Source of the DNA: Fonticula alba ATCC 38817
Lineage: Eukaryota > Protista > Nucleariida
DNA: 35,590 nt
Reading direction: 5' to 3' (one strand)
Assembly (NCBI GenBank): GCA_000388065.2
Contig: KB932201.1
Below, piece after piece: positions 22,314-32,702 of this stretch. The position numbers and the translations under genes are program-made. Within the stretch, counting starts at the first letter, position 1. The number at the start of each line of letters is the position of its first letter. The notes under the pieces are model-generated. The model searched no databases, was not told where the DNA came from, and worked only from the letters and a program-made list of their open reading frames with translations.

Positions 22314-22470
22314 GCGTCATCAACACACAGAGGCAGGCAGGCAAGCAAAGGTGGCACACAGGGGACCGGGACGGGGCGGGGGAAAGACAGTGCCGGGAAG
22401 GAGAGGGAGCACGAGGTCGGCTGGGAGGGGGCCGGCCCGGTTGCGCGCACGGGTAGCAGAGCTGGGCCAT

Positions 22471-24951
22471 TTACACGCATCGGCGGTTCAGGGCCACATG
22501 GCCGGACTCCTCCCACTCGGCGCGGCTGACCCACTTGGTACCGAAGCTGGAGAGACTGGTGACAATGCTGCCCCCGGTCCAGGCCATGTTCCGCCGGTCC
22601 ATGGGCGATGCCTCAGCGATGATGCGCGGCTGCTGGAAGGACTGCAGGCGCTGGCCCAGCTCGGCCGACAGGCGGCTGGCCAGGCCGTCGATTGCCGAGC
22701 ACCCTCCGGCCAGGGCAATGTGCGATGCCAGAGCCGCGCGATTGTCCACATCCACATTGGCCAGGCAGCGCTCAATCAGCTCCGGCAGGCCCAGGTAGTT
22801 GGAGGATTCGGCCCCTGGGGTGTGGCTGACGCTCGGCGGCAGGCCGGCTGTCGGGTAGCTGATCGGCAGCCCATACGCCTGGAGGATGTCACGCGGGTTA
22901 AAGAGAACCTCCCCGCAGACGGCTCGCTCCAGGCCGCCGTACAGGTCGTTGAAGCCGCACGGGAACTCGTACAGTCGCTGGGATCCGTGGGCACTCACAG
23001 ACAGGCTGGTATGGGCTTGCGCCCGGGCGGCACACCCGGCGGCCGAGGTGTCCGAAAAAGAGGGCAGCGGGCTGGGAGGAACGGCCGTGATGGACTGGCG
23101 CCAGTCGGCGGCCACGCGCTGGTGTGGTTATGCGCGGGCGTGGGAGTGGGCGTGTGTGTGTGAGTGTGTGAGTGTGTGAGTGTGTGAGTGTGTGAGTGTG
23201 TGTTTGTGTGTATGTGTGTATGCGTGAGTGCATGCGTGCATATTAGAGAGGAGTGGGGAAGGAGGACACAGTATGAGGGTGGAAGGTGGGCCAGACGGGA
23301 CACAAGGGTAGTATGGAGGAGAGGAGCCGGGAAATGCGCACCAGCTGATGGAAAGAATGGAAGGAAGGATGTGTGTTGGGGAAGGAGCGGGTTTTGAATT
23401 GGGCCGGCTGGCCGGCGTTGGTGGCTGAGGAGGGAGGAAGGAGAGGGGCGAGGGGGCAGGGACGAGGGAGAGACGGGGAGACGAAAGGGTGAGAGTTGAT
23501 ACCAAAGCGAGGGCGTGCGCCGGGGGAGACGACAAGGAAAGCTGTCGGCTGGCGTACGGCGCTTGTCCAGGACCAAATAGCCCGGGGTGATGGTGTGGTT
23601 GGGCCCAGGCCGGAGAGTTCGGCGCTGGGGGCTCCCCGTGGTCGCGGCAGAGGCTGCCGCCTGGTCCTCGCCCGGGGCCACACCGAAGGCGACCTCGCGC
23701 TTGGCCACCGCATGCAGGGCCAGCGCGTCGAGCAGGTCACCACCAAGAGGCTGCCAGGCGATGGCCTTGCGCAGGGCTATTCCATCGAGCACCGGCGTGA
23801 CCGTGGTCTTGGTGGCACCAATGTCCACCACAAGGGCGGTGGCGCGGTGCGAGGCGAAGGCCGCACACACGGCATCTCGGGCCACGTAGAAGGCCGGCAG
23901 GGAATACGTCTCGAACATGTGCTCAGCCAGGGTATTCCGGAAGGAGGGCGGAGCAAAGGAGGGCTCGATCATGAAGAGGGGATCCTATTGCCAGGGGTCG
24001 TCGCAAGAGGAGGCCACGCAGGCCAAGCCAGGAGCCCTTTGGGTCAGTGAATGGGCCCCGTGCGAGCGCGCGCGCGCGCGCGGATGCGTATGCGTGTGTA
24101 TGCGTGTGTGTGTGGGGGGGGGGGGGGGAGGGGGGGGGGGCAGGGGAGAGGGGGGCTTGGCCGGCCGGGCNNNNNNNNNNNNNNNNNNNNNNNNNNNNNN
24201 NNNNNNNNNNNNNNNNNNNNNNNNNNNNNNNNNNNNNNNNNNNNNNNNNNNNNNNNNNNNNNNNNNNNNNNGGCCGATTGGGCAAGGCACCCGCCACGGG
24301 GAGAAGCTCGAGCGGCCTTGTCGGGGAGGGCACTCTCCGGGGGAGGGGGGGACGGGCGGGTGGGCCCATGGCCAATGGTGGGGGGGGGGGGGGGGGAGGG
24401 GGGGGGGCACGGGACGGGCCCTGGATGGAACGCACTTCGCCCTTCACGGCGCCCAGCTGATTGAAAGCCTGCGACCAGATGGCCTCCGCATCATCCCAGT
24501 TGGTCACGGCGCCAGCGCGAATGGGCTGGATGAGCTCGGCATCATCGCGCCGGGTGAAGACCGCATGGTCGCCGACAAACCGCGACGCACGGGCTGGATC
24601 TGCGAGGAGTGTGAGCATCGGGCAATGCGCAAGATCAAAGGAAGGCAGGGGGCCGAAGACGCACCCGAGGTGTTGACACTGATGGAAGACAGGATGTTAG
24701 CTTCGGGGCTGAGGTCGCCGGCCCAACCGGCGCGAGTGGCGTATGAGCCGATCTCCAGCACAACGGCAGGAGTGTCGTCTGCAGCGGTGAAGGGAGCAAG
24801 AGCGGAGGGGGGGGGGGGTAAAAGCACGAGTGAGAGGGGCATCCAGACAAGGTGGCCAAAGTATGGTCGAGAATCGGGCACGAAAGGGCGCACCTCCTCC
24901 TCCGAAAACGGCCGAAGTGGGGGGCGGCGCCCCGGGGGCAGAGCTGGACAT
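22471..24951 (-). CDS. ARP4: Nuclear actin-related protein Arp4 (ACTL6/BAF53 family), about 497 aa. Exons (minus) 24951-24894, 24778-24665, 24599-24436, 23984-23558, 23424-23342, 23118-22471
   Basis: VFGGGDDTPAVVLEIGSYATRAGWAG (Arp4-type YGGDE..GSY..RAG start), DPLFMIEP, EHMFETYSLPAFYV, ALVVDIGA, YEFPCGFNDLYGGLERAVCGEVLFNP (ACTL6-like YEFPNGY), WTGGSIVTSLSSF..WVSRAEWEE, terminal RRCV. Five frame-consistent introns, total 1494 nt. Confidence 0.88.
23157..23196. repeat. (TGTGTGAG)x5 in the last ARP4 intron
   Basis: Five exact 8-mers embedded in TG-rich sequence. Confidence 0.9.
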
Positions 24952-25420
24952 GGTGGTCTCCCCGCGGTCGGGCGACTTGGATGCAGGAAGCGGGCGGGAA
25001 ATGCGGCGCGCGGCTGGTGAGCAGGGGAGGGGGGGGGGAGGGCAGGAGAGGAGGGGGACAGGATTTCTGGCATGAAACCTCCCCCCATCCGGGGAAAACA
25101 CCGCGCGACCTTCACAAGTACCACATCCTTCGGTCGGCGCGGGGCGGGGGGTGGGCCGGGCCGGGAAGGCCTGCGAACTAGCCGAGACTGTGGTGGCAGT
25201 TACCACCGCGAGTGCCGACGGATGGATGCTTCGATCTAACTCAGGCCGTCCCGCCTTGCGGGGGGCGTCCGGCCCCCCTCCCCCCCCCGCTCCATAAATG
25301 GGCCCTGCACTGCGAGGTCCGCTACCGGCGGAAGACCCAAACACCGGCGATCGACCGAGCCCCCCCTTTTTATTTCTCCCCCCGCCCCCCCCCCCCCCCC
25401 TCCTCCCCTCTTTCCTCGGC
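24952..25420. promoter_or_regulatory. Probable bidirectional promoter between ARP4 and CENP-W (469 bp ATG to ATG)
   Basis: Head-to-head start codons at 24951 (-) and 25421 (+); TATA-like CATAAAT at 25293-25299. Confidence 0.55.
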
Positions 25421-25992
25421 ATGACCGCCCAGAGGCGCTGCCCTCGCCAGGGCATCAAGCGTGTGGTCAAGAAGGCACAGCCCGGCCTCAAGCTCGGCGC
25501 CAACACTGACCTCCTGGTGCGCCCCAATGCCGCCCCCAGGCTCCCTCCATTTTGCCCTTGGCCAGGCGTCCGAGCTCGGTGCCCTTTTCTTCCTTCTTTC
25601 GATCGTCCCCCTTCTTCCGCGATTTCCTCCTCACGGCTGACACACAAACCCATACGCGCGCGTGTGTAAACTCCCGACGCTGGGTCAGATCTACCTGAAC
25701 TACATCGTCTTCATCCGGCGCCTGGCGGCACAAGCCGCCTCGGAGGCCCAGACCAGTGGCCTGCGAAAAATCGACGTCGATACCCTGCAAAATGCCCTGG
25801 AGGTGTGTGGACTTTGCCTTGTGCCCCCACCATCCTTGAGCCCCTCATGCCGATCGCGCCCTTTCTCCTCGTTCCGCCCCCGCTTTCCCTCTTCCCCACT
25901 CTGCTCGAGGATCTCTAACACTGGGTGTGCTCCCCCCCCCCCCCCCTGCCGCTCTGCATGCACAGAAAGTTCTCCGAGAGGCAAAGGGGTAG
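25421..25992 (+). CDS. CENPW: Centromere protein W (histone-fold CCAN subunit), 78 aa. Exons 25421-25516, 25689-25802, 25966-25992
   Basis: Spliced product MTAQRRCPRQGIKRVVKKAQPGLKLGANTDLL|IYLNYIVFIRRLAAQAASEAQTSGLRKIDVDTLQNALE|KVLREAKG* aligns end to end with the remembered CENP-W pattern PRGFLKRVFKRKKPQLRL..DLLVHLNCLLFVHRLAEES..A......I...H...A.K..LKKSRG. Both introns phase 0 with GT..CAG; AATAAA at 26067. Confidence 0.85.
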
Positions 25993-26066
25993 ATGTGCCC
26001 TGTGTGCGCCGTCGTCACCTGCATACTCCAGCGCGTAGCCAAACGAAGGGGCGAAGAAAAAGCAAG

Positions 26067-26072
26067 AATAAA
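26067..26072 (+). terminator. Poly(A) signal AATAAA for CENP-W
   Basis: AATAAA 75 nt downstream of TAG 25990-25992, followed by an A-rich tract. Confidence 0.5.
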
Positions 26073-26173
26073 GCACTCGAAGAGTGAAAAAAAACAAACA
26101 AACAAAAAAACCTGTTGTTACCCTATTTGTCTTCTTGATTGGCCGGCACTCCCACGTATCGAGGGGTATGCCC

Positions 26174-28033
26174 TCATAGGCCCGAGTACATGGGAGTGTC
26201 ACCAACACCACGGATGTGGGGATCGTCCGCCAACAGGCGGTCCTTCTCTTGGTGGATCATCTGGCTGACGATGGCCGGGTCGGCCTTCTTGCGAGTGACA
26301 ACCGCCACCAGAACGGCGACAATGGTGATCGCCGCCACACAGGCCAGCGACACCAGGGCATAGAAGAAGACAATCGGCTTGCACTCCTGCGTGGTGGATG
26401 GGTCGTCAGGACATGGGGCGCATCGGCCGCAGGGTCGGCGGGAGACAGGGCAAAAACAATGGGACAGGGGGGGGGGAGGGGAAACACGCACAACGAGGCC
26501 ATCCTCCCCGGTGACCGGCTCGGACAGGGGGCTGCAGTTGCGCGGAGCCGAGGACCCTTCCGGACAGACGGAATCCTCCGGGCAGATGATCGGCCGCCCG
26601 GTGGTGACCGATGGGCAGTAAAAGCCGGCCGGGCAGATCCGGCAGTCGTCAGCTTGAGACGAGCCAAACTGGTCCAAATAGTAGCCCGTTCCGCAGGGGG
26701 TGCAGTTGGCCGAGCCGGACAGCTCGGCGAAGGACCCCTGGGGACAGAGAAGGCAGCCGACGTGCCCGTAGTTGGGCTGATACATGCCGGGCTCGCAGTT
26801 GATGCACTTCGGGCAGGGAGAGGTCCTGGGGGGGGGGGGAGGGGNNNNNNNNNNNNNNNNNNNNNNNNNNNNNNNNNNNNNNNNNNNNNNNNNNNNNNNN
26901 NNNNNNNNNNNNNNNNNNNNNNNNNNNNNNNNNNNNNNNNNNNNNNNNNNNNNNNNNNNNNNNNNNNNNNNNNNNNNNNNNNNNNNNNNNNNNNNNNNNN
27001 NNNNNNNNNNNNNNNNNNNNNNNNNNNNNNNNNNNNNNNNNNNNNNNNNNNNNNNNNNNNNNNNNNNNNNNNNNNNNNNNNNNNNNNNNNNNNNNNNNNN
27101 NNNNNNNNNNNNNNNNNNNNNNNNNNNNNNNNNNNNNNNNNNNNNNNNNNNNNNNNNNNNNNNNNNNNNNNNNNNNNNNNNNNNNNNNNNNNNNNNNNNN
27201 NNNNNNNNNNNNNNNNNNNNNNNNNNNNNNNNNNNNNNNNNNNNNNNNNNNNNNNNNNNNNNNNNNNNNNNNNNNNNNNNNNNNNNNNNNNNNNNNNNNN
27301 NNNNNNNNNNNNNNNNNNNNNNNNNNNNNNNNNNNNNNNNNNNNNNNNNNNGGATGTGTGGAACATGCGCAAGGGAGCGAGGGGGGGAGGACCGATGGGG
27401 GATTCGCGCGCACCGGCTTCGAGGAAAAGTGCCCGGGGGGGCACTTGAGGCACATCTGCAAGCTCGGGCAGTATCCATCCGGGTAGGGGATCCAGTCGCT
27501 GCCGGAGGAGCTGGACCCGGGGGTAGACCCGGGGGTGGAGTCTGAGAAAGAAGCATCGGAGGAGGTGCTGTTGGCCGAGGAATCCGAGAAGATGTCGGAA
27601 TCAGGGCCAGAGGGATCCACCGGGGGCAGGGAGCCGGAGGAAGAGGGCATCGAGTCGGTAGGGCTGGAGGAGCTGCTCCGGGGCCGGCTGGGCGGCGGCT
27701 CCTGGCAGCGGCTCGAACAATGGCGGCTATTCCAGTAAAAGCCGGCCGGGCAGGGAATGCACACTGGCCGAGCGCGCGGGGCGAGGGGGAGGGGGGGGGA
27801 GAGGGAGGCAGAGATAAGCGAGGTGAGTGGAACGCGGAGAAAAAGAAAAAAGAAGGACAGGAGAGGACAGTGGGGGGGGGGGGAGGCGAAGACGCACGCG
27901 CGTCGTCATCGATCGCCAGATCCCACCGTGGCGCTGAGCCCCGGGCGGGCGTGATAGAAAAAATAACACCAACAAGGAGCAGCATCAGGACGCTGCGAGC
28001 GCCGGGGTGCGCCGGCCGTGTGCGTTCGGACAT
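26174..28033 (-). CDS. Type-I membrane protein with CxxCPxGxY/F Cys-rich repeats (GCC2/GCC3, ephrin-receptor-like type), a Ser-rich stalk and a short tail. Exons (minus) 28033-27898, 27763-27414, [hidden exon(s) in gap 26845-27351], 26825-26492, 26386-26174
   Basis: Signal-like MSERTRPAHPGARSVLMLLLVGVIFSITPARG; repeats CIPCPAGFYW, CLKCPPGHF, CINCEPGMY, CLLCPQGSF, CTPCGTGYY, CRICPAGFYCP, CPEDSVCPEGS; TM IVFFYALVSLACVAAITIVAVLVAVV then RKK; tail ends EKDRLL..YSGL*. Confidence 0.8.
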   Translation of the reverse strand: MSERTRPAHPGARSVLMLLLVGVIFSITPARGSAPRWDLAIDDDARASSPPPPPTVLSCPSFFFFSAFHSPRLSLPPSPPPSPSPRALGQCAFPARPAFTGIAAIVRAAARSRRPAGPGAAPPALPTRCPLPPAPCPRWIPLALIPTSSRIPRPTAPPPMLLSQTPPPGLPPGPAPPAATGSPTRMDTARACRCASSAPPGTFPRSRCARIPHRSSPPRSLAHVPHIXXXXXXXXXXXXXXXXXXXXXXXXXXXXXXXXXXXXXXXXXXXXXXXXXXXXXXXXXXXXXXXXXXXXXXXXXXXXXXXXXXXXXXXXXXXXXXXXXXXXXXXXXXXXXXXXXXXXXXXXXXXXXXXXXXXXXXXXXXXXXXXXXXXXXXXXXXXXXXXXXXXXXXXXXXPPPPPRTSPCPKCINCEPGMYQPNYGHVGCLLCPQGSFAELSGSANCTPCGTGYYLDQFGSSQADDCRICPAGFYCPSVTTGRPIICPEDSVCPEGSSAPRNCSPLSEPVTGEDGLVVRVSPPPPLSHCFCPVSRRPCGRCAPCPDDPSTTQECKPIVFFYALVSLACVAAITIVAVLVAVVTRKKADPAIVSQMIHQEKDRLLADDPHIRGVGDTPMYSGL

Positions 28034-29472
28034 GGCAAGTATGAGCACACTGGAGGGGAGGGGGCGGGGAGGGGGCGGGATCGAGGACGCCAGGTGTGGG
28101 GGAGAAGGAGGGGACTCGGGAAGAGGGGCGCAGGAGAAATGACAACGAGAGAAGGGGAGGGGTTGGATGCCGGGGGACTAATGGCCGAAATCCGGGGCTC
28201 AGCCAAAAGAGTCCCCGTGGGCCGGGGCGTCATGCCGTGTCCCGACCGCGCGCATGCAGGTTCAGGCATGCTCCCCCCTCTCCGTCTCTCTCGCTTGATA
28301 TCTCTCGGCTTCGGTGCATGTGTGTGTGTGNNNNNNNNNNNNNNNNNNNNNNNNNNNNNNNNNNNNNNNNNNNNNNNNNNNNNNNNNNNNNNNNNNNNNN
28401 NNNNNNNNNNNNNNNNNNNNNNNNNNNNNNNNNNNNNNNNNNNNNNNNNNNNNNNNNNNNNNNNNNNNNNNNNNNNNNNNNNNNNNNNNNNNNNNNNNNN
28501 NNNNNNNNNNNNNNNNNNNNNNNNNNNNNNNNNNNNNNNNNNNNNNNNNNNNNNNNNNNNNNNNNNNNNNNNNNNNNNNNNNNNNNNNNNNNNNNNNNNN
28601 NNNNNNNNNNNNNNNNNNNNNNNNNNNNNNNNNNNNNNNNNNNNNNNNNNNNNNNNNNNNNNNNNNNNNNNNNNNNNNNNNNNNNNNNNNNNNNNNNNNN
28701 NNNNNNNNNNNNNNNNNNNNNNNNNNNNNNNNNNNNNNNNNNNNNNNNNNNNNNNNNNNNNNNNNNNNNNNNNNNNNNNNNNNNNNNNNNNNNNNNNNNN
28801 NNNNNGGGGGGGGGGGGCGGGGAGCGCACCCCCCACCCCCATCCGCATCCCGCAGAGCCCGCCCCCCTTGGATCGTGCGTGATCCGAGCATTGGCCCCCG
28901 GCCCTGGCGGCCCCCGGGCGCACCCGGGTCCAAGGTCTAATCCCCGCCCTACAGGCAGGGGAACCACATTAATTCGACTGCCTCTCGCCCGGGGGGGGGA
29001 CGGGGGTGAGGGTGCGTTCCTTTCTTTTTGGCGGGCGAGGAACGTGGCTCGCCCGGACATCGAGGGTTCTCCCCGCCCCCCCCCCCCCTCCGGGACATCC
29101 CCACTGACTGTCCCCGGCCGGGCGCATTGCTGGCCGGCTGAAAATCCGCCCACCGCTCGGGCCATCGCGCTGGTGGATACGGCTACTGGTGGTGATACAT
29201 GCACTTGGCCCCCTGCTCCCCCTCTGGTCCGGCTCCCCGCGGATGCGGGTGCGCCGCATACGGGCGGATGCCACCCCACTGCCCAACGTCGCATGCCAAG
29301 GGCTTGGGTGGGGCACCTACGGAAGGGGGGGGGGGGGAGGGGGGACGGGCACAGGAGTGGTGTATTGTCGGGGATACCTGCATGCAGGATGTGAGCCTGA
29401 ATTCAGGGCCGCTTGGCGGACAAAAAAAATGACACCCAGCGATACACTTGCCACAAACATGGGCGGTTGTGC

Positions 29473-31540
29473 TCAATTGAAGCTGAACACCAGCTGCGGA
29501 GCAGGCGACTCTCGGCCTGCGGGACTTTCGGCCAGGGCTGGGCCAGCCTTGGTGGCACCCACGCCCGATAGAGCCGCCTCCAGCAGGAAGAAGGACCGCA
29601 AGACATCCACCACGGCCAGGATCTGGGCCACAGCCAGGACCAGCGTGATGGCGAAAAAGAAGTTGGCATTCCCCGCGCCGGAGCCAACCCACACATACCA
29701 CAGCGCCGGGGCCAGGGCCGTACTGTAGAGAACCAGCTGCCCCACGAGGAAGGTGTGCCGAAGCCGGTCGCCGACATAGCACATGTGCGCCAGCAGAACC
29801 GCCGCCGTCAGGGCGTAGTCCCCGACCGCGGGATACGGCTTTAGCAGGTTGTAAATGGCAATAAGCATGGCCGCCAGCAGGAGCGGCTGGCGCCTGGGGG
29901 CACGATGATGAGGAGGGGGATGTCCAGTGAGTGGATTTGCGACAGAGAGAGAGAGAGAGAGCGGGGGGGGAGGGGGGGGGGGGGCACAAAACGCGCCGGG
30001 CGAGGATAGGTCGGGGGAGGGAGGCGCACCACAGCCGGATGCTCAGCGGGACTAGGTAGATCAGGATGTTCACCTGGAACACCACACGATAGAAGACCGC
30101 AAAGGGGGCAAAGATCTCCAGCAGGAAGTACCAGATGAGCCCGAGATTCGGGGCCAGGTCCGGAATGGTGAGCCTGACCGGCAGAGGAAGGCAGGAGAGA
30201 CGGTTCGATGGTGAGTTTCAAAGTGACTGGCGACGTCGACCGAGGCACATGGATGCGCATGCGCATGTGCAACAGGATCCATGTGCATGGGCCTTTCTGG
30301 CAGGCAGATGTCTCCACTGGAATGCATGGATGTGCGTTTCCAGAGAGAGAGAGAGAGAGAGAGATGTATGCGCGCGTGTGCATGTACGTGCGCATCTGTG
30401 GGCACTTGAGGACGTACTGGAAGAGGTAGACATGCTGGATGAAGGTCCAGGAGCCAATCAAGGCACGGGAGCCGGCCAGCAGGGCCACTCCGGCGAGCAG
30501 CAGGCCCAGAAGCATGGCGGCCACAGGGCCAGCCCGACGGCCGGGAGCACGCTGTGCCAGCAGCAGCCCACATGGAACCACCAGCATCAGGGGGTACACC
30601 CCAAAGTAGGCGGCGAAGGCGAGGGCCGCACCGGCCAGCAGCGGCGATCCCCGATCCGCGGCCACCAGCGCCCCGAGGCTGAAGAGGTTGAGCAGGGAGG
30701 GGCTGACGCCCGGGAAGGCAGCCGACGCCAAAAGGAAGGGGTTCAGCAGGTAGGCCACGCCAAGCAGGCCAGGTCCGACACCGGACTCGGGCCGGAGGAG
30801 CACCCCGTGGTGCATGGCCGGCGAGCCGGCATCATCGGCAGCTCCGGCAGCAGGGGCTGCGGCACCGGCGGCCGGGCCCGGCGCGGCATCTGCCAAAGGC
30901 CCGCCGGGAGGGCCGCGCGACCGAGCACCAGGAGTGGCCACGGCCGAAGACCGGGCAGTCGCCTGGCTGTCGGCCAGTTGGGCATCTTTGGGGCGATCCT
31001 CGCCGCTGGCGAGGGCGCCCGTCGGGGACGCCACCAAGAAGGACCGCCGCCAGGAGATGGTCCGCTCGAGCACCGACCGGGAGAAGCGAATGACCAGCAG
31101 GGCGGTCAGCACATCGGCCAGCGCGGCCACCAGTGCCGACGCCACCGGGCGGCCGGCCGAGCCGAGCAGTGTATCCAGGTAGGCTGGCAGGAGCGAAAGC
31201 GGCGGCTGGGCCCGTCAAATGCGAGGAAATGCATCGGCGATGGGCAAGGGAAGGAGGCTCGGGCGGTGAGTGGCCGACGGGAGCCGGGAAGGAAGCCGGG
31301 CCGAGGGGCACCGCGGCGATGAGACACACGGTCCATGGGGCGCACCTGGTGCAAAGTCCACGAGGAGTAGGGATCGATACCGCGGGTCCACAGCCAAACC
31401 CCCTCCTGCAAGGCGGTGTGGTCGCCGGCGGTCGGCGACTGGAGGGCCGACTGGGCAGCTGGCCATTGGCTGCCGAGCAGGAACAGACGAATAGCCAAGG
31501 CGGCCGCCCCGACTGTCAGGGCAACCAGCGGGCTGGCCAT
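29473..31540 (-). CDS. PIGU: GPI transamidase subunit PIG-U (Gab1), about 515 aa. Exons (minus) 31540-31346, 31205-30418, 30173-30030, 29893-29473
   Basis: LQEGVWLWTRGIDPY..LHQ|PPL; AYLLNPF; LTIPDLAPNLGLIWYFLLEIF..F...VFQVNILIYLVPLSIRL; LKPYPAVGD; LWYVWVGSGAGNANFFFAITL. These are diagnostic PIG-U motifs in a multi-TM protein; total 1548 nt in frame. Confidence 0.93.
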
Positions 31541-31924
31541 GCTGAGGGGGGAGGGGAGTGAAATGGACACGAGTCGGCGCACGCGTGTGGATCCGTGTGT
31601 GTGTGTGTGAGAGAGAGAGGGGGGGGGGCCGGGGAGGGGGGCGCACACACACGCTGGAGAACGGGGGGATGCAAGAGAACAGGCGGCACGGGAAATGCAG
31701 GAGGGGAGGGGGGGAGGGAAGGCATATGGAGGAAAGAGGGAACCCGAGCTTCCCGAGGAGGCGGGCTTTTCCGCGATGCGGCGCGACGGCCCGTTGATGA
31801 TCGGCCCTGATCCTCTCGGACGCGGGTGTCCACTTTGGGACATGGGGCAGTGCTGGCTCCGGGGCGCGGTCTCGTTGTGGGTGGGACTTCCAACGCTGGC
31901 GGCCAGGCCGGAGGCCCGATGATG

Positions 31925-32498
31925 ATTGGCTTGTGTTCCGTTGGTGCGCCCTGCGCGAGAAGGGGGCTTCCCCCTTCAACCGGGGGGATGCGCCCGGCGA
32001 CGGCCGATCACAGCGTCAGGTGTGGCAGGATCACGCGGAAGGTAGCTCCTCACGCGCCAGCCCGCGGCCCTCGTGCCGGGCCCAAGCAGGGTTTTCCCCC
32101 CTCCCAAGGAGCACATGGGGGCGCGCGGCCCTCGGGGCCCATCCCTCGGGGGCCCCTGTCTCCCGCCCCCCCCTGGCGTTCCGGCTTGGGCTCTCTCACT
32201 CACGCGGGGAGGGGGCTACGCCCAACACACCGGGACACACAATCGGGGTGCCCGGGCTCCGGGCCCCGGTCGAGGAGGGGCCGCGGCCGGCGACGCCCAA
32301 AGCATCTCCAACCCGCGAGGCGGGGGTCTCAGCGATTGGTTCACAGAAAGCACGGGCCACCGAGGCCCGGCGAACCCCGGCATCTGGCGGCCGCCCATGC
32401 CTGGCCCGAGAGGCGGGAGCTGGGCGGCGAAGGGCGCGCCCGCGCCCGCGCCCGCGCCCTCCCACCGGCACCAGGCCGGCTCCCGCGAATGGGCGGCC

Positions 32499-32535
<37 letters not shown>

Positions 32536-32702
32536 GCGACCGAGACTCTCCAGAACGCGCCCGCCCCTGGTAGCCGGGGCCCGGCAGGGGGCTTTTGCCG
32601 GGCGGCGAGAGGGCACATTCCCCAGCGCTCATGCCCCCGGCCCCCGCTCCCCCGAGGGCGTGTCCGGAGCCTTGAGGGTGTCTCTGAGTCCGCATCGATT
32701 GG
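31925..32702. promoter_or_regulatory. Three GATTGG (CCAAT-box-like) motifs in the divergent PIG-U/TTD14 intergenic region
   Basis: ATTGG at 31925-31929, 32335-32339 and 32698-32702, each preceded by G. Function untested. Confidence 0.3.
32502..32534. repeat. (CCG)11 in the PIG-U/TTD14 intergenic region
   Basis: Perfect CCG run. Confidence 0.9.

Larger units (their letters stand above)
9256..28805. other. Seven assembly gaps: 9256-9436, 13252-13387, 15944-16518, 20325-20414, 24171-24271, 26845-27351, 28331-28805
   Basis: N runs, nearly all abutting a G-run or a TG/CA microsatellite. Confidence 0.98.

Noticed and set aside
30135-31322. 395-aa plus-strand ORF, and similar ORFs at 14310-15752, 33603-34784 and 10328-11422
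   Set aside because: Antisense to PIG-U, SF3A1, TTD14 and RMND1 respectively; typical of stop-poor GC-rich DNA.
31794-31930. TGATGA/CTGA words resembling C/D-box snoRNA motifs
   Set aside because: The first C/D pair is only about 7 nt apart, the second C box has no D box downstream, and there is no terminal stem.
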